A stretch of 64,000 bases of DNA from Octopus vulgaris (GCA_951406725.2 OX597818.1:44764001-44828000), one strand, 5' to 3'; counted from the stretch's first letter, positions 36,371 to 49,975 are shown. Made by a program: numbers and translations. The notes: a model not told the origin generated them from the letters alone.

Positions 36371-36900
36371 GTCAAGCCAAGTGAAATCGTAATCATGGGT
36401 GATGGTGGTGTCATGTAACTGGCACTTGTGCCACTGACACATAAAAAGCACCCTTTGAATGTTGGGTGATATGCTGTACATGAGAAGACCTGTCAAGCCA
36501 AGTAGAATTGTAGTCAAGGCTGATGCTAGTGTCACATAACTGGCATCTTGGTGGCACATAAAAAACACCCTTCAAACTTTGGGCCTTATAGAGACAGTGA
36601 CAAGTGACCAAGACCCTTGGAAATATACTATGCTTGAGAAGACCTGACAAGCCAAGTGAGATTGTAGTTGTGGCTGATGCCAGTGTTTCATAACTGGCAC
36701 CCATGCTGGTGGCACATAAAAATGCACCCATTACACTCTCGGAGTGGTTAGGATTAGGAAGGGCATCCAGCTGTAGAAACCATGCCAAATCAGATTGGAA
36801 CCAAGTGCAACTCCAAAGCTTACCAGTTTACCATCCAACCAATGCCAGTATGGAAAACAGACATTATACAATGATGATAATGTTGATGATGATTATGATA
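36371..36900 (+). mobile_element. Family A / RTE 3' end with tandemly repeated terminal module
   Basis: Three CAAGCCAAGT modules; GLIETVTSDQDPWKYTMLEKT* at ~36580-36647 resembles an RTE ORF2 terminus. Confidence 0.7.
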
Positions 36901-37668
36901 TAACATTTTGTAAGAAATTTTTCTCTCAAAATCATTCCCATTACAGATATGCACAAATAAAATTTGATATATAAAGTTACTGAAATCATAAGGCTATAAG
37001 TGAATATTATGTTATCTATTATAATATATTATTTAGCTTACTACATGCCCATTATCATATTGAGAAAAATATCCTAGATTCACTCAGTTTTCTTTCGTTT
37101 TTTCTACTCTTTGCACTTGGCAAAGTGATTCATTTCCACTTATTATAAATATTTTAGTCAATAGATTCAAGTCATGAGAATAACTGACTGGATTCAGCTT
37201 CTTCTGTGAATTTCAGAAGAGAATTTCAGAAGTTTTCCCTTTGTTCTCTTTCTGGAAATCTTTGCTCTCACTATCAGTCGTACATTACTTAAACACTTGG
37301 AAACTGAAACATCCGGTTCAAAAGTTCATCAATGTTATTACTCATAATTTATAAGCAATTGTGTAGGCATGTCTTTCCTGAGACTCCATTATATTGAGGT
37401 AAAGGTAATCTGAAAAATGTTAAACTTAAATAACTGTTCAACCAAACAATAAATTGTTTGTGCCTATCAATTAAAGAAATACTGTTGTGTTTGTTAAACC
37501 ATTTCATAAAGAAAATCTGTCTTATCTGTGTTCAACCAAAAATAGATTGTTTCTATCAATTAAGTAAATAGTCGTAAAATTTTATGACGTTTTATTACCT
37601 CAATGATCTCTTAGGACATACAGTTTGGTATACAGATGAATACTTCTTTGTTTATTTGTATGGTCATA

Positions 37669-37845
37669 CATCATCATCACCATCATCATTTAATGCCTGC
37701 TTTCCATGCTGACATGGGTAGGATGGTGTGACCAGAGCTATAAGATTCTCACCAGGCCCTGTTGTCTGTTCTGGCATGGTTTCTACAGCTGGATGTTCTT
37801 CCTAATGCCAACCACTCCACAGAGTATACTTGGTGCTTGTTACAT
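37669..37845 (-). mobile_element. Repeat family A (diverged)
   Basis: TTTCTACAGCTGGATG motif and (CAT)n tail. Confidence 0.7.
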
Positions 37846-38146
37846 GACAAGAACAAACGGTAAACACGTCTCTTATAAAGCTGCTTCTCAGAATTATTAG
37901 TATTTTTAAGGTCACAATATATATATCATTGGTACTTCATATTAAACAATACTGATCAGGACAAGAATATAGGATCACTAAATTCTTCTTTTGATTAGTG
38001 TTGTTTAATATGAAGTACTAATAATTTATTGGTACTCTTTAACTCTTTAACCAGTTTCAGCTCAAAAGCTGTGGTCATGCTGGGGCACCAATACCAATAA
38101 TTCTAGGAAACAGCTTTATAAGAGTGCTGTTTGCAGTTCATTCTGT

Positions 38147-38548
38147 TGGCGGCAAGCTGGCAGAATCGTTAGCACGTCGGACGAAGTGCTTAGCGGTATT
38201 TCATCTGCCGTTACGTTCTGAGTTCAAATTCTGCCGAGGTCGACTTTGCCTTCATCTTTTCAGGGTCGATAAATTAAGTACCAGTAATGCACTGGGGTCG
38301 ATGTAATCGACTTAATACGTTTGTCTGTCCTTGTTTGACCCTCTGTGTGTAGCCCCTTGTGGGTAGTAAAGAAATAGGTACTTCGTCTGTCTTTACGTTC
38401 TGAGTTCAAATTCTGCCGAGGTCGACTTTGCCTTTCATCTTTTAGGGTCAATAAGTTAAGTACCAGTTATGCACTGGGGTCGATGTAATCGACTTAATCA
38501 CTTTGTCTGACCCCTCTATGTTTAGCCTCTTGTGGGCAATAAAGAAAT
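38147..38548 (+). mobile_element. SINE family C, dimeric
   Basis: Full head plus two bodies. Confidence 0.88.
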
Positions 38549-39283
38549 ATGAAGCATCTGGCCCAACACTTGTCAATAACCAAAAATCCTGGCTTTGAAA
38601 TTGTAAGACGTATATTGATTTTCTAGAATTTTGTCTTGTTCTTTTTCTTCTTTTTGAAAAAATGTACCTTATATACCATAAACTAAGTTGTTTTCTTTTA
38701 TTCATAGACAATAAGTGGTAATCATATATCTGAGTCGTCTGATTAGCAATATGAAAAAACAGAGCTGTTAAATAAAACCATTTAAATAACAATTTATATG
38801 CAAATATCCAGTTTTTGTGAAACCTCATCCCAATGTTGTTACATGAAAGGAATAAAAACCAGAGCAAAATTAAAACAAAATACAAACTGGAAGTAACAGC
38901 ACAAACACACATTCATGGTCCTTGACTAGAATTTTAATACTCGCTATTATCTGAAGAAATGATGATCACAAATCTTTTACAAAAGAAAATAATTAAACAA
39001 AGACAGTTTGAAAATACTTCAGTAATATTCCCAACAAGTAAAGAAATGATAACACAAAATGTGAGCAATTATACTAGTTGTCCAGAATGGAATGTTAATG
39101 ATCTCCTTTCTATACAACAGTGGAATAAATAATGGTGAATACAAACTCTTTTACTAGTTTATTGGCTTCAGTTGTTGGACTTTATTGATAATAAGTCACT
39201 GCCTTTATTAGTTTTTAGTTGATTATATTGATTTCAGTTTTTATTTTGATCTCTATTAAATAACTAAGTTAACTTTTGACATA

Positions 39284-39544
39284 AGAAATAAATAAATTCG
39301 CCCTTTTAAAGCCTAGCCAGGCTGATGAGCCTGGTTTCCTGGTTTCTATGGCGTATGTGTTCCCCAGCTGGACAGGACGCCAGTCCATCGCAGCATTACC
39401 CATTTTTGCCAGTTGAGTGGACTGGAGCAATGTGAAATGAAGTGTTTTGCTCAAGAGCACAACACGTCACCCGGTCCGGGAATCAAAACCACAATCTTAC
39501 GATCATGGTGCTGACACCCTAACCACTAAGCCACGCGCCTCCAC
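39284..39544 (-). mobile_element. tRNA-derived SINE with Meta/V-like domain
   Basis: GTGGCTTAGTGGTTAG A box; CTGCGATGGACTGGCGTCCTGTCCAG domain; 13-bp TSD AACTTTTGACATA. Confidence 0.9.
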
Positions 39545-39713
39545 AACTTTTGACATAGAGGGAGGCAAGTCAAAATGCTATTTTATGTGGTATATACAAA
39601 CACATACAAGTGTGCATATATACATGCAAGCATGTGTGTATATATGTATGCATGGATGAATCCACATCATACAAGAGTAATGTACCCTAACTTTTAATAT
39701 ATATATGTATATG

Positions 39714-39780
<67 letters not shown>

Positions 39781-40294
39781 ACACACACACACATGTATGT
39801 ATATCCTCATCACTGTCATTTATTCTCCTTTTTCATACTGGCATGGACTGGATTGTTTGACCAGAACTGCCAAGCAGGAATGCTGGCACCAGGTTCCAGT
39901 CTGATTTAGCATGGTTTCTATGGCTGGATACTCTTGCTAAGGCCAACACATGTATGTATATGTCGGGCTTCTGCAGTTTCTATCTAACAAACTCTTATTG
40001 GATAATATTAGTCAACATAAATTTATAGAAAAAGATGCCTGCCAAAAGTGTAGCACAGTGAGATTGAACCCAAAACCATGTGATTTCAATGCTAACTTAT
40101 TAATCATATAGACATTCTTGTATTTTAAATGGCTAAACTTTCATTTCCCACTATTTTTGTGAATTTTCTTGTTGTTATTTAGCCTCAGACACTCAGAAAT
40201 ATTCCAGCTGAGAACAAGCAGCCCTTTCCAAGGAATTTATATGAGATTATACTGTGTAATGTGTTGTCCCTTCTCCCACTTTATTTTCCCCAAA

Positions 40295-40634
40295 TGGAAA
40301 TTGTAGTTGTGATACCTGTGCTGGTGGTACGTAAAAAGCACCATCCGAATGTGGCCGATGCCAGCACTGCCTTGACTGGCTTCCATGCCAGTGGCACGTA
40401 AAAAGCACCAACCAATTGTGGCCGTTGCCAGCCTCCCCTGGCACCTGTGCCAGTGGCATGTAAAAAGCACCCACTACACTCATGGAGTGGTTGGTGTTAG
40501 GAGGGGCATCCAGCTGTAGAAACACTGCAGATCAGACTGGAGCCTGGTGCAGCCTTCTGGCTTCCCAGACCCCGGTCAAACCATCCAACGCATGCTAGCA
40601 TGGGAAACGGACATTAAACGATGATAATGATGAT
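40295..40634 (+). mobile_element. Repeat family A
   Basis: Modular body and (GAT)n tail. Confidence 0.85.
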
Positions 40635-41096
40635 TGTAAGGTATGATTTAAGAGAGATTTTGCTGCTATTTCTTGAAGGCTGACTTGCTATGTAGAGACT
40701 CATTCATTGGCTCATCTTGCAAATATGTTATTCTACTGCATAAACTCTATCTATTATCAAGATCCATTATGCGTACTCTTTAATATTTATGCGTATCTTT
40801 TAATAATCATATATATGAAGGAAGCAGATTAATTAAATGGTGAAACAGTCAGATTAAATGTTATACAGAGTTTAGTTATGTCTGGTCATATTGTGATTTA
40901 AACACTGCCATGATAGACTGTCTTTCATCCTTCTGGAGTTAATGAAATATGAAATATATGACTTCTTTCTAAGATATTGGCCTTGTGACATTAGAAGTCA
41001 ATCATTTATAATTAGTATGACTACTACCCTAAAGTAATCATATTTATAACTATCAATTGAGGACACAGAAAAAAAAGGACTTAATAATATATTTTC

Positions 41097-41730
41097 TGTA
41101 ACAGGACGAGAGCTTCCCACACTGGATGGGTGCTGCTCGCATCCTTTACATCAAATATTGATTGAAAAAAGAGTCAAGATTTTCCGTTAACTTCAACAGT
41201 ATAAATATTTATTCTTTGATTTGCAATATAAACATTTCCTTCCTTTGGGCAAATCAGCAACCTAGGAGCTTATTGGGTTACCCCCGCCTATTTAGCCTGT
41301 AACAGGATGAGAGATTCCTGCACTGGATGGGTGCTGCTTGCATCCTTTACATCAAATATTGATTGAAGAAAGAGTCAAGATTTTCCGTTAACTTCAACAG
41401 TATAAATATTTATTCTTTGATTCGCAAATATAAACATTTCCTTCCTCTGGGCAAATTGGCAGCCTAGGAGCTTATCGGCAGTAGTCTAGTGGAGTGAGTC
41501 AATCCTGCCTGTTCAAGCATAGCGGGGATGTGCCACTAGGTAGCAGCTCAAGAGAGCTGCTGGAGGCACGTCTGTATTATTCTGCTGCTAGCATCCAAGA
41601 GAGAGATACAAGAGAATTTCACTGCTGCTAGTTTTCTGTGCATGTGCATGAGGGAACTTCTGGCAAGACCTTCCAGAAGATTCCAGCCCTGCACATGTAT
41701 GTTGGAGATTTCCAAGATGGCATCACTACA
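41097..41730 (-). mobile_element. Probable solo LTR with a 201-bp tandem duplication of one end
   Basis: Minus strand TGTAGTGATG...CCTGTTACA (TG...CA), AATAAA near the 3' end; repeat units start at 41097 and 41298; no TSD found. Confidence 0.6.
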
Positions 41731-42890
41731 ATTCCAAGAAACTGAATCCTATCAAACAAATGGCAAACTAACATTCTAGAGGAAGTTGACTTGTAGTTCC
41801 AGAACAAATAATAATCATGAATAGAACAAACCGATTTTATGAAAATAATAGATAATCCAGTCCATTAGCAGACAGATCAATAATTCTAAATATTCAAAGA
41901 AAGTCTTTAAAATTGAAACTTTTACTTGAAAGATTTTTCTTTAAATACTAGAATGATCATTCTCTGTCGGACTGATTAAATTACAAAATAAATGCATTTT
42001 ATGAATTAGAATGTAAATCTTTGTATGAGAATAGGATTTAGAGGAATGTAGTTTATTTCTAACTCTGGTTAGATTTGGATGGACTTACTAGACAAATAAA
42101 TAAATATATAAAATATAAAACTTAAAAAATCTATTTAAATAAAATAAGTCTTAAGCTTAAAAGCCAGTTCACCTATTTTACTTCAGTGCTATACAACACG
42201 GACTATTTATTGTGGGTTATTGATTAGATATAAAAGAAAATGGTTGAGGAAATCAATTTAGTTTGCCACATTGCCAAATGCTGAAAGCTTGAGGATTGGA
42301 CTAGAGTTAAATTTCCAAAACATTCATTGCAATTTACAACTTAATAACACTTTTATCCATGATATATATATATATATATATATATAGGAGCATAGAGGCA
42401 CATGGCTTAGTGGTGAGAGTGTCAGCATCATGATAGTAAGATTATGATTTTGATTCCTGGACTGGGCAACGTGTTGTGTTCTTGAGCAAAACATGTGGTT
42501 GGTAAGCAAGCTACTTACCACACAGCTACTCCTATGTATACACACACTCTCTCCCTCTCACACACACACAAACATTATATATATATATATATATATATAT
42601 GTTCTTTGACATCCTGCAAAACTTGTTAATAAGTTGGGATCTTTGCTGAAGAAAGTGCCTGTATATAAACATATATATTTGAAGATAACTCAAATATGTA
42701 AATTGTAAATCAGACATCAGAAGATGAAGTAGACTCTTCAGTTGACAGTAAGAACGCCAGTAATAACTTATGTCAGTAATCTAAATATGCCAGACATTTC
42801 CATCATAGGTTTCTCTCTATTTACTAGTCTACCACAGTGTTGTTGAACTTATGAGGTAGTTACTACAATGAGCTGTTAACTATTTGTATG

Positions 42891-43237
42891 TACTCTCTTA
42901 CTCTTTACTCTTTTACTCTTTGACTTGTTTCAGTCATTTGACTGTGGCCATGCTTGAGCACCATCTTTTAGTCGAGCAAATCGAACCCGGGACTTATTCT
43001 TTGTAAGCCTAGTACTTATTCTATCGGTCTCTTTTGCTGAACTGCTAAGTTACAGGGACGTATCATACTAGCATCGATTGTCAAGTGATGTTGGGGGGAC
43101 AAACACAGACACACAAACGTATACACACACACATACATACATACATACATACAGATATATATATCTATATATATATAATAATATGAGGGAATATTATTCC
43201 AAATTGGATTGATAAAAGGTGGGTTTTTTCTAATTTA

Positions 43238-43277
<40 letters not shown>

Positions 43278-43441
43278 TATACAATGGGCTTCTTTCAGTT
43301 TCCGTCTACCAAATCCACTCACAAGGCTTTGGTCAGCCTGAGGCTATATTAGAAGACAATCGCCCAAGGTGTCATGCAGTGGGACTGAACTGAGAACCAT
43401 AGCGTTGGTAAGCAAGCTACTTACCACACAGCTACTCCTAT
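42891..43441 (-). mobile_element. SINE family B with an extra insert in its microsatellite
   Basis: Full SINE; foreign ~60 bp at 43180-43240 inside the TA tract. Confidence 0.85.
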
Positions 43442-43769
43442 GCTTATGTAGTTCATAAATATTGCTTTTGTCAAAGAAAATGCTCGACAACAAACATCTA
43501 ATATTTATATTCTATTGCTAAGAAGTGTTGAATTTCCAGTAAATTACAAGACCAGCCATCTGTAGATTACACAAGTCTTGAAGCAGTATATCAGTGTGTA
43601 CTTTCATAGGAACTTTACTATTTATAGCAGTAAGTTATTTTAAAAGCTCAAATATAACTCTAAATTAATTAATCCGCTATAAAGTTGTTTGCCTTACTAA
43701 AAACAGCAGCAAATGTTCCTCAAATCATATTCCAGCACCATAAAAGAGAATGACCTTGACAAGTATATT

Positions 43770-44531
43770 CATGGCATGTCTGTGTGGTTAAGAAACTTAC
43801 TTTGCAACCACATGGTTTCAGGTTCAGTCCCATTGTGTGGCAACTTGGGCAAGTGTCTTCTGCTACAGCCCTGGCTTTGTGAGTGAATTTTGGTATACAA
43901 AAACCGAAAGAAGCCATCATATAAATGTGTGTTCATGCATATGTGTGTGTATGAGTGTGTTGTGTGTATATGTGTGTGTGTATGAGACAGAAACAGAGAG
44001 AGAGTTTGTGTTTGTTCCCACCACCACTTAACGGCCAGTGTTGGTTTATTTATATCTCCATAACTTAACTGTTTAGCAAAAGAGATTGATAGAATAAGTG
44101 CTAGACTTAAAAAATAAGTTTCTTTGTTATTTGTTCCTTCTCGAGCCATGCCTGGCTCATAAGGGCCGGTTTCCCAGTTTCCTTGCCATATATGTTCCCC
44201 ACCTGGGTGGGACGCCTGTCCGTCGCAGGTGAGCTGCAAGATGCAGGAGGAAAGAGTGAGAGAAAGTTGTGGCGAAAGAGTCAGCAGAAGTTCGCCATTA
44301 CCTTCTGCCGGAGCCACATGGAGCTTAAGTGTTTTGCTCATAAACACACACATTGCCTGCTCTGAGATTCAAACCCACGATCCCTTGACTGTGAGTCCCC
44401 TGCTCTAACCACTAGGCCATGTGCCTCCACTAAAAAAATAAGTACTGAGGCTGAATTGCCCAATTAAAACCTCCAAAGCGGTGCACCAGCAGGGCTGCAG
44501 TTCAATGAATGAAACAAATAAAAGATAAAAG
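43770..44531 (+). mobile_element. SINE family B (diverged), interrupted
   Basis: Body to 44119; tail resumes at 44431. Confidence 0.75.
44120..44430 (-). mobile_element. tRNA-derived SINE with Meta-like domain nested in a family B SINE
   Basis: TGGCCTAGTGGTTAG A box; CCTGCGACGGACAGGCGTCCCACCCAGG; TSD AAAAAATAAGT. Confidence 0.85.
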
Positions 44532-44789
44532 ATATCCCCCAAAAAAGTGAGGATGGTCATTCCTGGAATGTTTAGAACCAAACTTCTGTTTGGTCGAGGT
44601 TCAATGTTCACTTAGGTCTAACAATAATAACAACCTGTCTATTTCTTTAAGAGTCAATTGACCATTCTGTCTGTATCAACAGCTTCATAGTAAAGGCATA
44701 AAAGAAAAAATGTTGCATCATGTAAGGCTTTTTTCTTTTGCTTCTCTATTTTCAAAAATTTATGGTCTCAGTACTATATAACTGATTGT

Positions 44790-45175
44790 GGAAGCACTCT
44801 GTCGGTTACGACAATGAGGGTTCCGGTTGATCCGAATCAACAGAACAGCCTGCTCGTGAAATTAACGTGTAAGTGTCTGAGCAATCCACAGACACGTGCA
44901 CCCTTAATGTAGTTCTCGGGGATATTCAGCGTGACACAGAGAGTGACAAGGCTGGCCCTTTGAAATACAGGTACAACAGAAACAGGAAGTAAGAGTGAGA
45001 GAAAGTTGTGGTGAAAGAGTACAGCAGGGATCACCACCATGCCCTGCTGGAGCCTCGTGGAGCTTTAGGTGTTTTCGCTCAATAAACACTCACAACGCCC
45101 GGTCTTGGAATCGAAACCGCGATCCTATGACCGTGGGTCCGCTGCCCTAACCACTGGGCCATTGCGCCTCCACTG
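44790..45175 (-). mobile_element. tRNA-derived SINE (head related to 44120-44430, different tail)
   Basis: TGGCCCAGTGGTTAG A box; GGTTTCGATTCC B box; 11-bp TSD TAACTGATTGT. Confidence 0.9.
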
Positions 45176-45194
45176 TAACTGATTGTAACACTTA

Positions 45195-45576
45195 TCTCTC
45201 TATATATAAACGGCAAAATGTCTGTCTGTATGTGTGTGTGTGTGTGTGCATCCTTTATACAAATCCACAATTTTTCAGTTAGAGGGCTTGCACTTTCTAT
45301 GGTCATTCAAAACCGTCCACGGGTGTTCATGCACATCTTTACATTTCCCCAGTCACCCAGCAAGTCCATTAAAAAATCAATAGAAGTGACTCTTTTGTGA
45401 ATTTTCTATCCAAAACCCAATCAAAATGCCCGAAACTATATACGCCAATTGAATGCCAGCTAGCTGTATGTGATTGGTCGGAGATTTGGACAGTACTTGT
45501 GTGTATGTGCACATGCACACAGCTGTATATGCATGCACTAGCACTATGACCCAGCATTGCTGGGTCATAGTGCTAG
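45195..45576 (+). mobile_element. Non-autonomous Helitron
   Basis: A|TCTCTCTATATATAAA 5' end; GACCCAGC/GCTGGGTC subterminal hairpin; CTAG|T 3' end; no TSD. Confidence 0.8.
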
Positions 45577-46342
45577 TACTACATAAATCTGATTAAGTAA
45601 TATAAGTAGACAAAATATAATTAAATGATGCAAAACAATAGGTTGATATATAAACTGAAATGAAGCAAGTTTTAGGAAAATTTAGCGAAATTTATTTGCA
45701 ATTTTATAAACAATATCTTTAGCCTATTAAAAAGTAGAATGATGGAATAAAATATCCCTCCCTATAAACTTTGTATATTCTATGAGATCATTTGTTCTTT
45801 TATCGTTTTTCCAATAATGGCTTAAGGGTGTGATATAGTAAACCAGTGCATTAAATGGGTGATAAAAGTCATGTACAAAAGAAGTAAAGTTATTGTGTTG
45901 ATACCCTGAGATACCCATGTATGAACGGTTTTCTACATGAAGAAATTGAATAATGAATGGTTTCTCTGAAGAAAATTAAGCTTGTATAACGAGCCGATAT
46001 CTGATCAATGAATAATGTGCAGGCTACACATACATATAAGTGACTGGGAGCCCATTTGCTTAGTGAGCTGAAATTTGGACAACAAACCAGGAGTAGTGGA
46101 CTATGCATGTATGCAAGCGCTGGGAGAACCTATATGAATAGTATGTTAAATGAACAAATTGTTTGGTGAACAGTTTTACTGAAGAAAATTAGATTCAGCC
46201 GATGAGCTGAAATTTCAATAACAATCACAAGAAGACTATGGAGAGGTATATGTGGCTAAGAAAGTATGTAGAAGCAATTTGTTGAAAACCATCTAGACAA
46301 CTCATATAGCTTGTAAATTTACATATTTTATATATGTATACT

Positions 46343-46723
46343 TAGGCACAGGAGTGGCTGTGTGGTAAGTAGCTTGCTTACCAACCACATGGTTCTGGGT
46401 TCAGTTCCACTGCGTGACACCTTGGGCAAGTATCTTTTACTATAGCCTCGGGCTGACCAAAGCCTTGTGAGTGGATTTGGTAGGCGGAAACTGAAAGAAG
46501 CCTGTCGTATATATGTATGTGTGTCTGTGTTTGTCCCACCAACATCGCTTGACAACCGATGGTGCTGTGTTTATGCCTCCGCAATTTAGCGGTTCGGCAA
46601 GAGACCCGTAGAATAAGTACTAGGCTTACAAAGAATAAGTCCTGAGGTCGATTTGCTTGACTGAAGGCGGTACTCCAGCATGGCCACAGTCAAATGACTG
46701 AAACTAGTAAAAGAGTAAAAGAG
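46343..46723 (+). mobile_element. SINE family B
   Basis: Full-length copy. Confidence 0.9.
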
Positions 46724-47072
46724 AATATAAAAGTAATATTTCTCACATTTCATGTTAAAATCATAACCATGGATTGACAAAAGCATGACAAAGAGTAAAA
46801 TACACACACACATGCACACACACACACACATGTAAGCGGATATCTATGCATAAGATATTGACAGATGGACAAATTAACATCATTTTATGCCTTTTTGTGG
46901 AGTTTGTGCATGGCATGGAATGAACTACTCTGATTTCTATGTATTTCAGTTGCTCATGTAATGAACAATTTGGTTAACAAACAGGGCTCTGGAATGGATT
47001 ATGTTCATGGATACCCCCACAGTAATTTATTAGTCAAATTAAAAACATTCTTTGCATATTGAAACTACATTC

Positions 47073-47113
<41 letters not shown>

Positions 47114-47429
47114 AGAAAAAGTTGTCAGCATTTTGGAAAAAACTTTAAAATTATTATATCTTCATTTTCATATTAGTGTTTTCGTTCGTCTTTTGAACTT
47201 GTCAAATACAATTCTGTGAAAATACAGATATCTTGCTTATTTATATAAAACAGATGTTTTTTACGGATTTTGTTTATAAGAGAACATTATAGATAGACAT
47301 CACACCTAACACTCTACACATACACACACACACACATATATATGTATATATATATATAAAGAAAACATCGCAAAAACACACTCATACATACACACGTGCA
47401 CACACACATGCAAACATACACACATACAC

Positions 47430-47670
47430 ACAAGTGGAGACACTCAAAAGAATACATCTAACCCAAAGGAAAATCCTAATTCTTTCTTCACTAAGACATT
47501 CATCACAACATACACACCCACCAACACACAGCTACTCCCTTGGCAGAATCTTACAAAGAATTCTTTTAGACAATAGACAACTGCACCCCTCACTTACTCT
47601 TTAACACTATACCAAGCTATATTTAAAGAAGACATCAACCAAAAATCTCCAGACATGTTTTTGACCCCCA
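47430..47670 (+). mobile_element. Possible highly decayed Penelope-like ORF remnant
   Basis: FITTYTPTN (from 47499) and a downstream KNL resemble the PLE thumb/linker motifs; many breaks. Confidence 0.3.
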
Positions 47671-48304
47671 AACAGAAGGAAAACTGTTTTTAATTCAAAT
47701 TTTTATTCATCATCAAAACCAGTCATATTTTTTTTATGTAATTTTCTAAATCATTTTTATTAAATTCCTTCTTAAATTGAACTGTCTTAGGTTTACTTTT
47801 GAGCTATTTCCACCTCCATCTTTTATATATAAAAATTCAATTTGTGTAGATCTCTAATTTTTTTTCACCTATACTTGTGTGTGTGTGTGTAGCTGTGCTT
47901 GTGTCTCCTTACCGTGACATCATGCAATAGTTATAAGCAACTGTCACTAATATAAAAGCTGTGTCCTTCCTTTTGAGTCTCCTATATAAACATGTCTGTT
48001 CTTGGGGGAAATATTACCTTGTTTGGAAACAAGAAAGGCATCCCATCATACAAAATCTGCCTCATTGAATTCCATCTGATTCATGCAAGATGGAAAAGAG
48101 GAGGTTAAATTATGATGATGATAATGATGATGATGATACTGATGTAGGTGTATCATGCCGTTAAAGTTAACTGATGATGATAACAAACCAGTCTTATTTT
48201 TATAAGCTCTCAACAGTGAAACACACTCTACTCAAGGGTTTAGACATAGAAGTGATCGGTATATATAGAATTAGTGGGGAAATGCCACAAAGGAGTGTTC
48301 TGCA

Positions 48305-48578
48305 TGAGGTCATCGCCAGTGCCACTGGACTGGCTCCTGTGCAGGTGGCACATAAAAAGCACCATTTGAGCATGGCTATTGCCAGTACCGCCTGACTGGC
48401 CCTCGTGCCGGTGGCATGTAAAATCACCCACTACACTCTCGGAGTGGTTGGTGTTAGGAAGGGCATCCAACTATAGAAACTCTGCCAGATCAGATTGGAG
48501 CCTGGTGCATCTGGTTTGCCAGTCCTCAGTCAAATCGTCTAACCCAAAGCGGACGTTAAATGATGATGATGATGATGA
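48305..48578 (+). mobile_element. Repeat family A
   Basis: Conserved body and tail. Confidence 0.85.
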
Positions 48579-49739
48579 CTAGAAGGTATGATATATGTTT
48601 ATAATAACTGTGTAAAAAACTGATTAAAAACTGTTGAAAAACTGATCAACTGAAATTATCTATGCAAATTAGTAGACAAACTCTTTGTCAATGGGTGTTT
48701 AGATAATATAAAATATCAAATTAGAAGCATGGTTCCCATTTGTTGTTATTTTTTTCTCTGTAAGAGTCTTTTGAAAGAAACAAAAATTAAGAAGTGTTTA
48801 CCTGATTTAATAAGACATTTTGAATAATTACTGTTTTCGTACATAATTTGTTCATTCTTTTCCCAAAGTGGTAAGTGAAGTAAATTGGTTACAAGTGTTG
48901 GTAGTGTGATAATGTGATGATAAAGGAGATAATAATAACTAATACAAACACTACTGTGTATATTACCAATATTGGACTTTTTAGTTCCAATAATTTCTCT
49001 ATTATTGTTATGTTAAGATAATTATTGTATTGTATATTAGAGAAAATAACTTTCACATTTTCATGTTCTGAGTTCAGATTTTCAATACGCAGTGGTGTAA
49101 TAAAAGTTAGGTACACTCAGATATATGTGATACTAGAAAAGAGGTGAGTAAATGTGTAGTGAGTATAAGGGGATGTATTATTGTTGCTGCATAACCTTAG
49201 GTTAGCCTCAATTAAAAAGTTCAATGGATTGCAGGTAGTCAACTGAATCACAGAACTGATGGAATTCTCTGACACAAAAATCTTTCCAATTTCCAGCATA
49301 CTATGCCTACTTCTCCCCACTTCTCCTGCAGCCTAACCTCCACCTTGTAATCTGTCTTCTGTCCTTCTCCCCCAGTCAACTGTATCATTACTATCCAGTT
49401 ACTCTCCCCTCCACCTACTCTCTTCCACATTTCCATCCACCCTAATTCATGACTCATCAGTTCAACTTCAACTTCATCCAACTTCTTTTACAGCCACAGG
49501 TTGCATTCTCATCCCCTCATTTTTTACTCTTACAATCAATCATACAGTAGCCCCATCCAGCCACTTCTACTTAATTCATGCCTTGAGGGGCCTCCTGGAC
49601 ACTTATCTATCTCTTTATAGTTTCTACTCTCATACTCCACTCCTGAATGTGAGTAACCATGTAGCTTTTCTATAAGAACCTGTTCTGCATCCCCTTTTCT
49701 CATACTCTAACTGCTCACCCCCTAGCTTGAGACCAACCT

Positions 49740-49975
49740 CCCTCAGGGATCGTAGTCTTGTGAGCTGTTTGGTAACCTAAATAGTGCTGGTGGCAAGTGA
49801 AAAAGCACCTTGTGCACATTGTGAAGTGGTTGGCATTTGAAAGGCATCCAGCAGAGAAACCCTGCCAAAGCTGACACTGAAGTATGATGTAGTCCTTTAG
49901 CCCAATGGATCCCATCAAACCATCCAACCTATGACAGCATGGAACCTAGATGTGACATGATGATGATGGTGATGA
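49740..49975 (+). mobile_element. Old family A-related copy
   Basis: AAAAAGCACC...GGCATCCAGC...(GAT)n. Confidence 0.65.

Noticed and set aside
38448-38912. 154-aa minus-strand ORF
   Set aside because: Low-complexity AT-rich translation running into a SINE; no domain.
39480-39544. tRNA-like sequences (also 44360-44430 and 45100-45175)
   Set aside because: They are SINE heads followed by SINE bodies and TSDs, not tRNA genes.
45727-45918. ORF with YWKND...FIGRDILFHHSTF, reminiscent from memory of bacterial methionyl-tRNA synthetase (YWKKD...FIGKDIVYFHSLF)
   Set aside because: The conserved YVW and WP residues are absent, the frame stops immediately and the flanks show no similarity; most likely chance. 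A BLASTP/HMM search would settle it.
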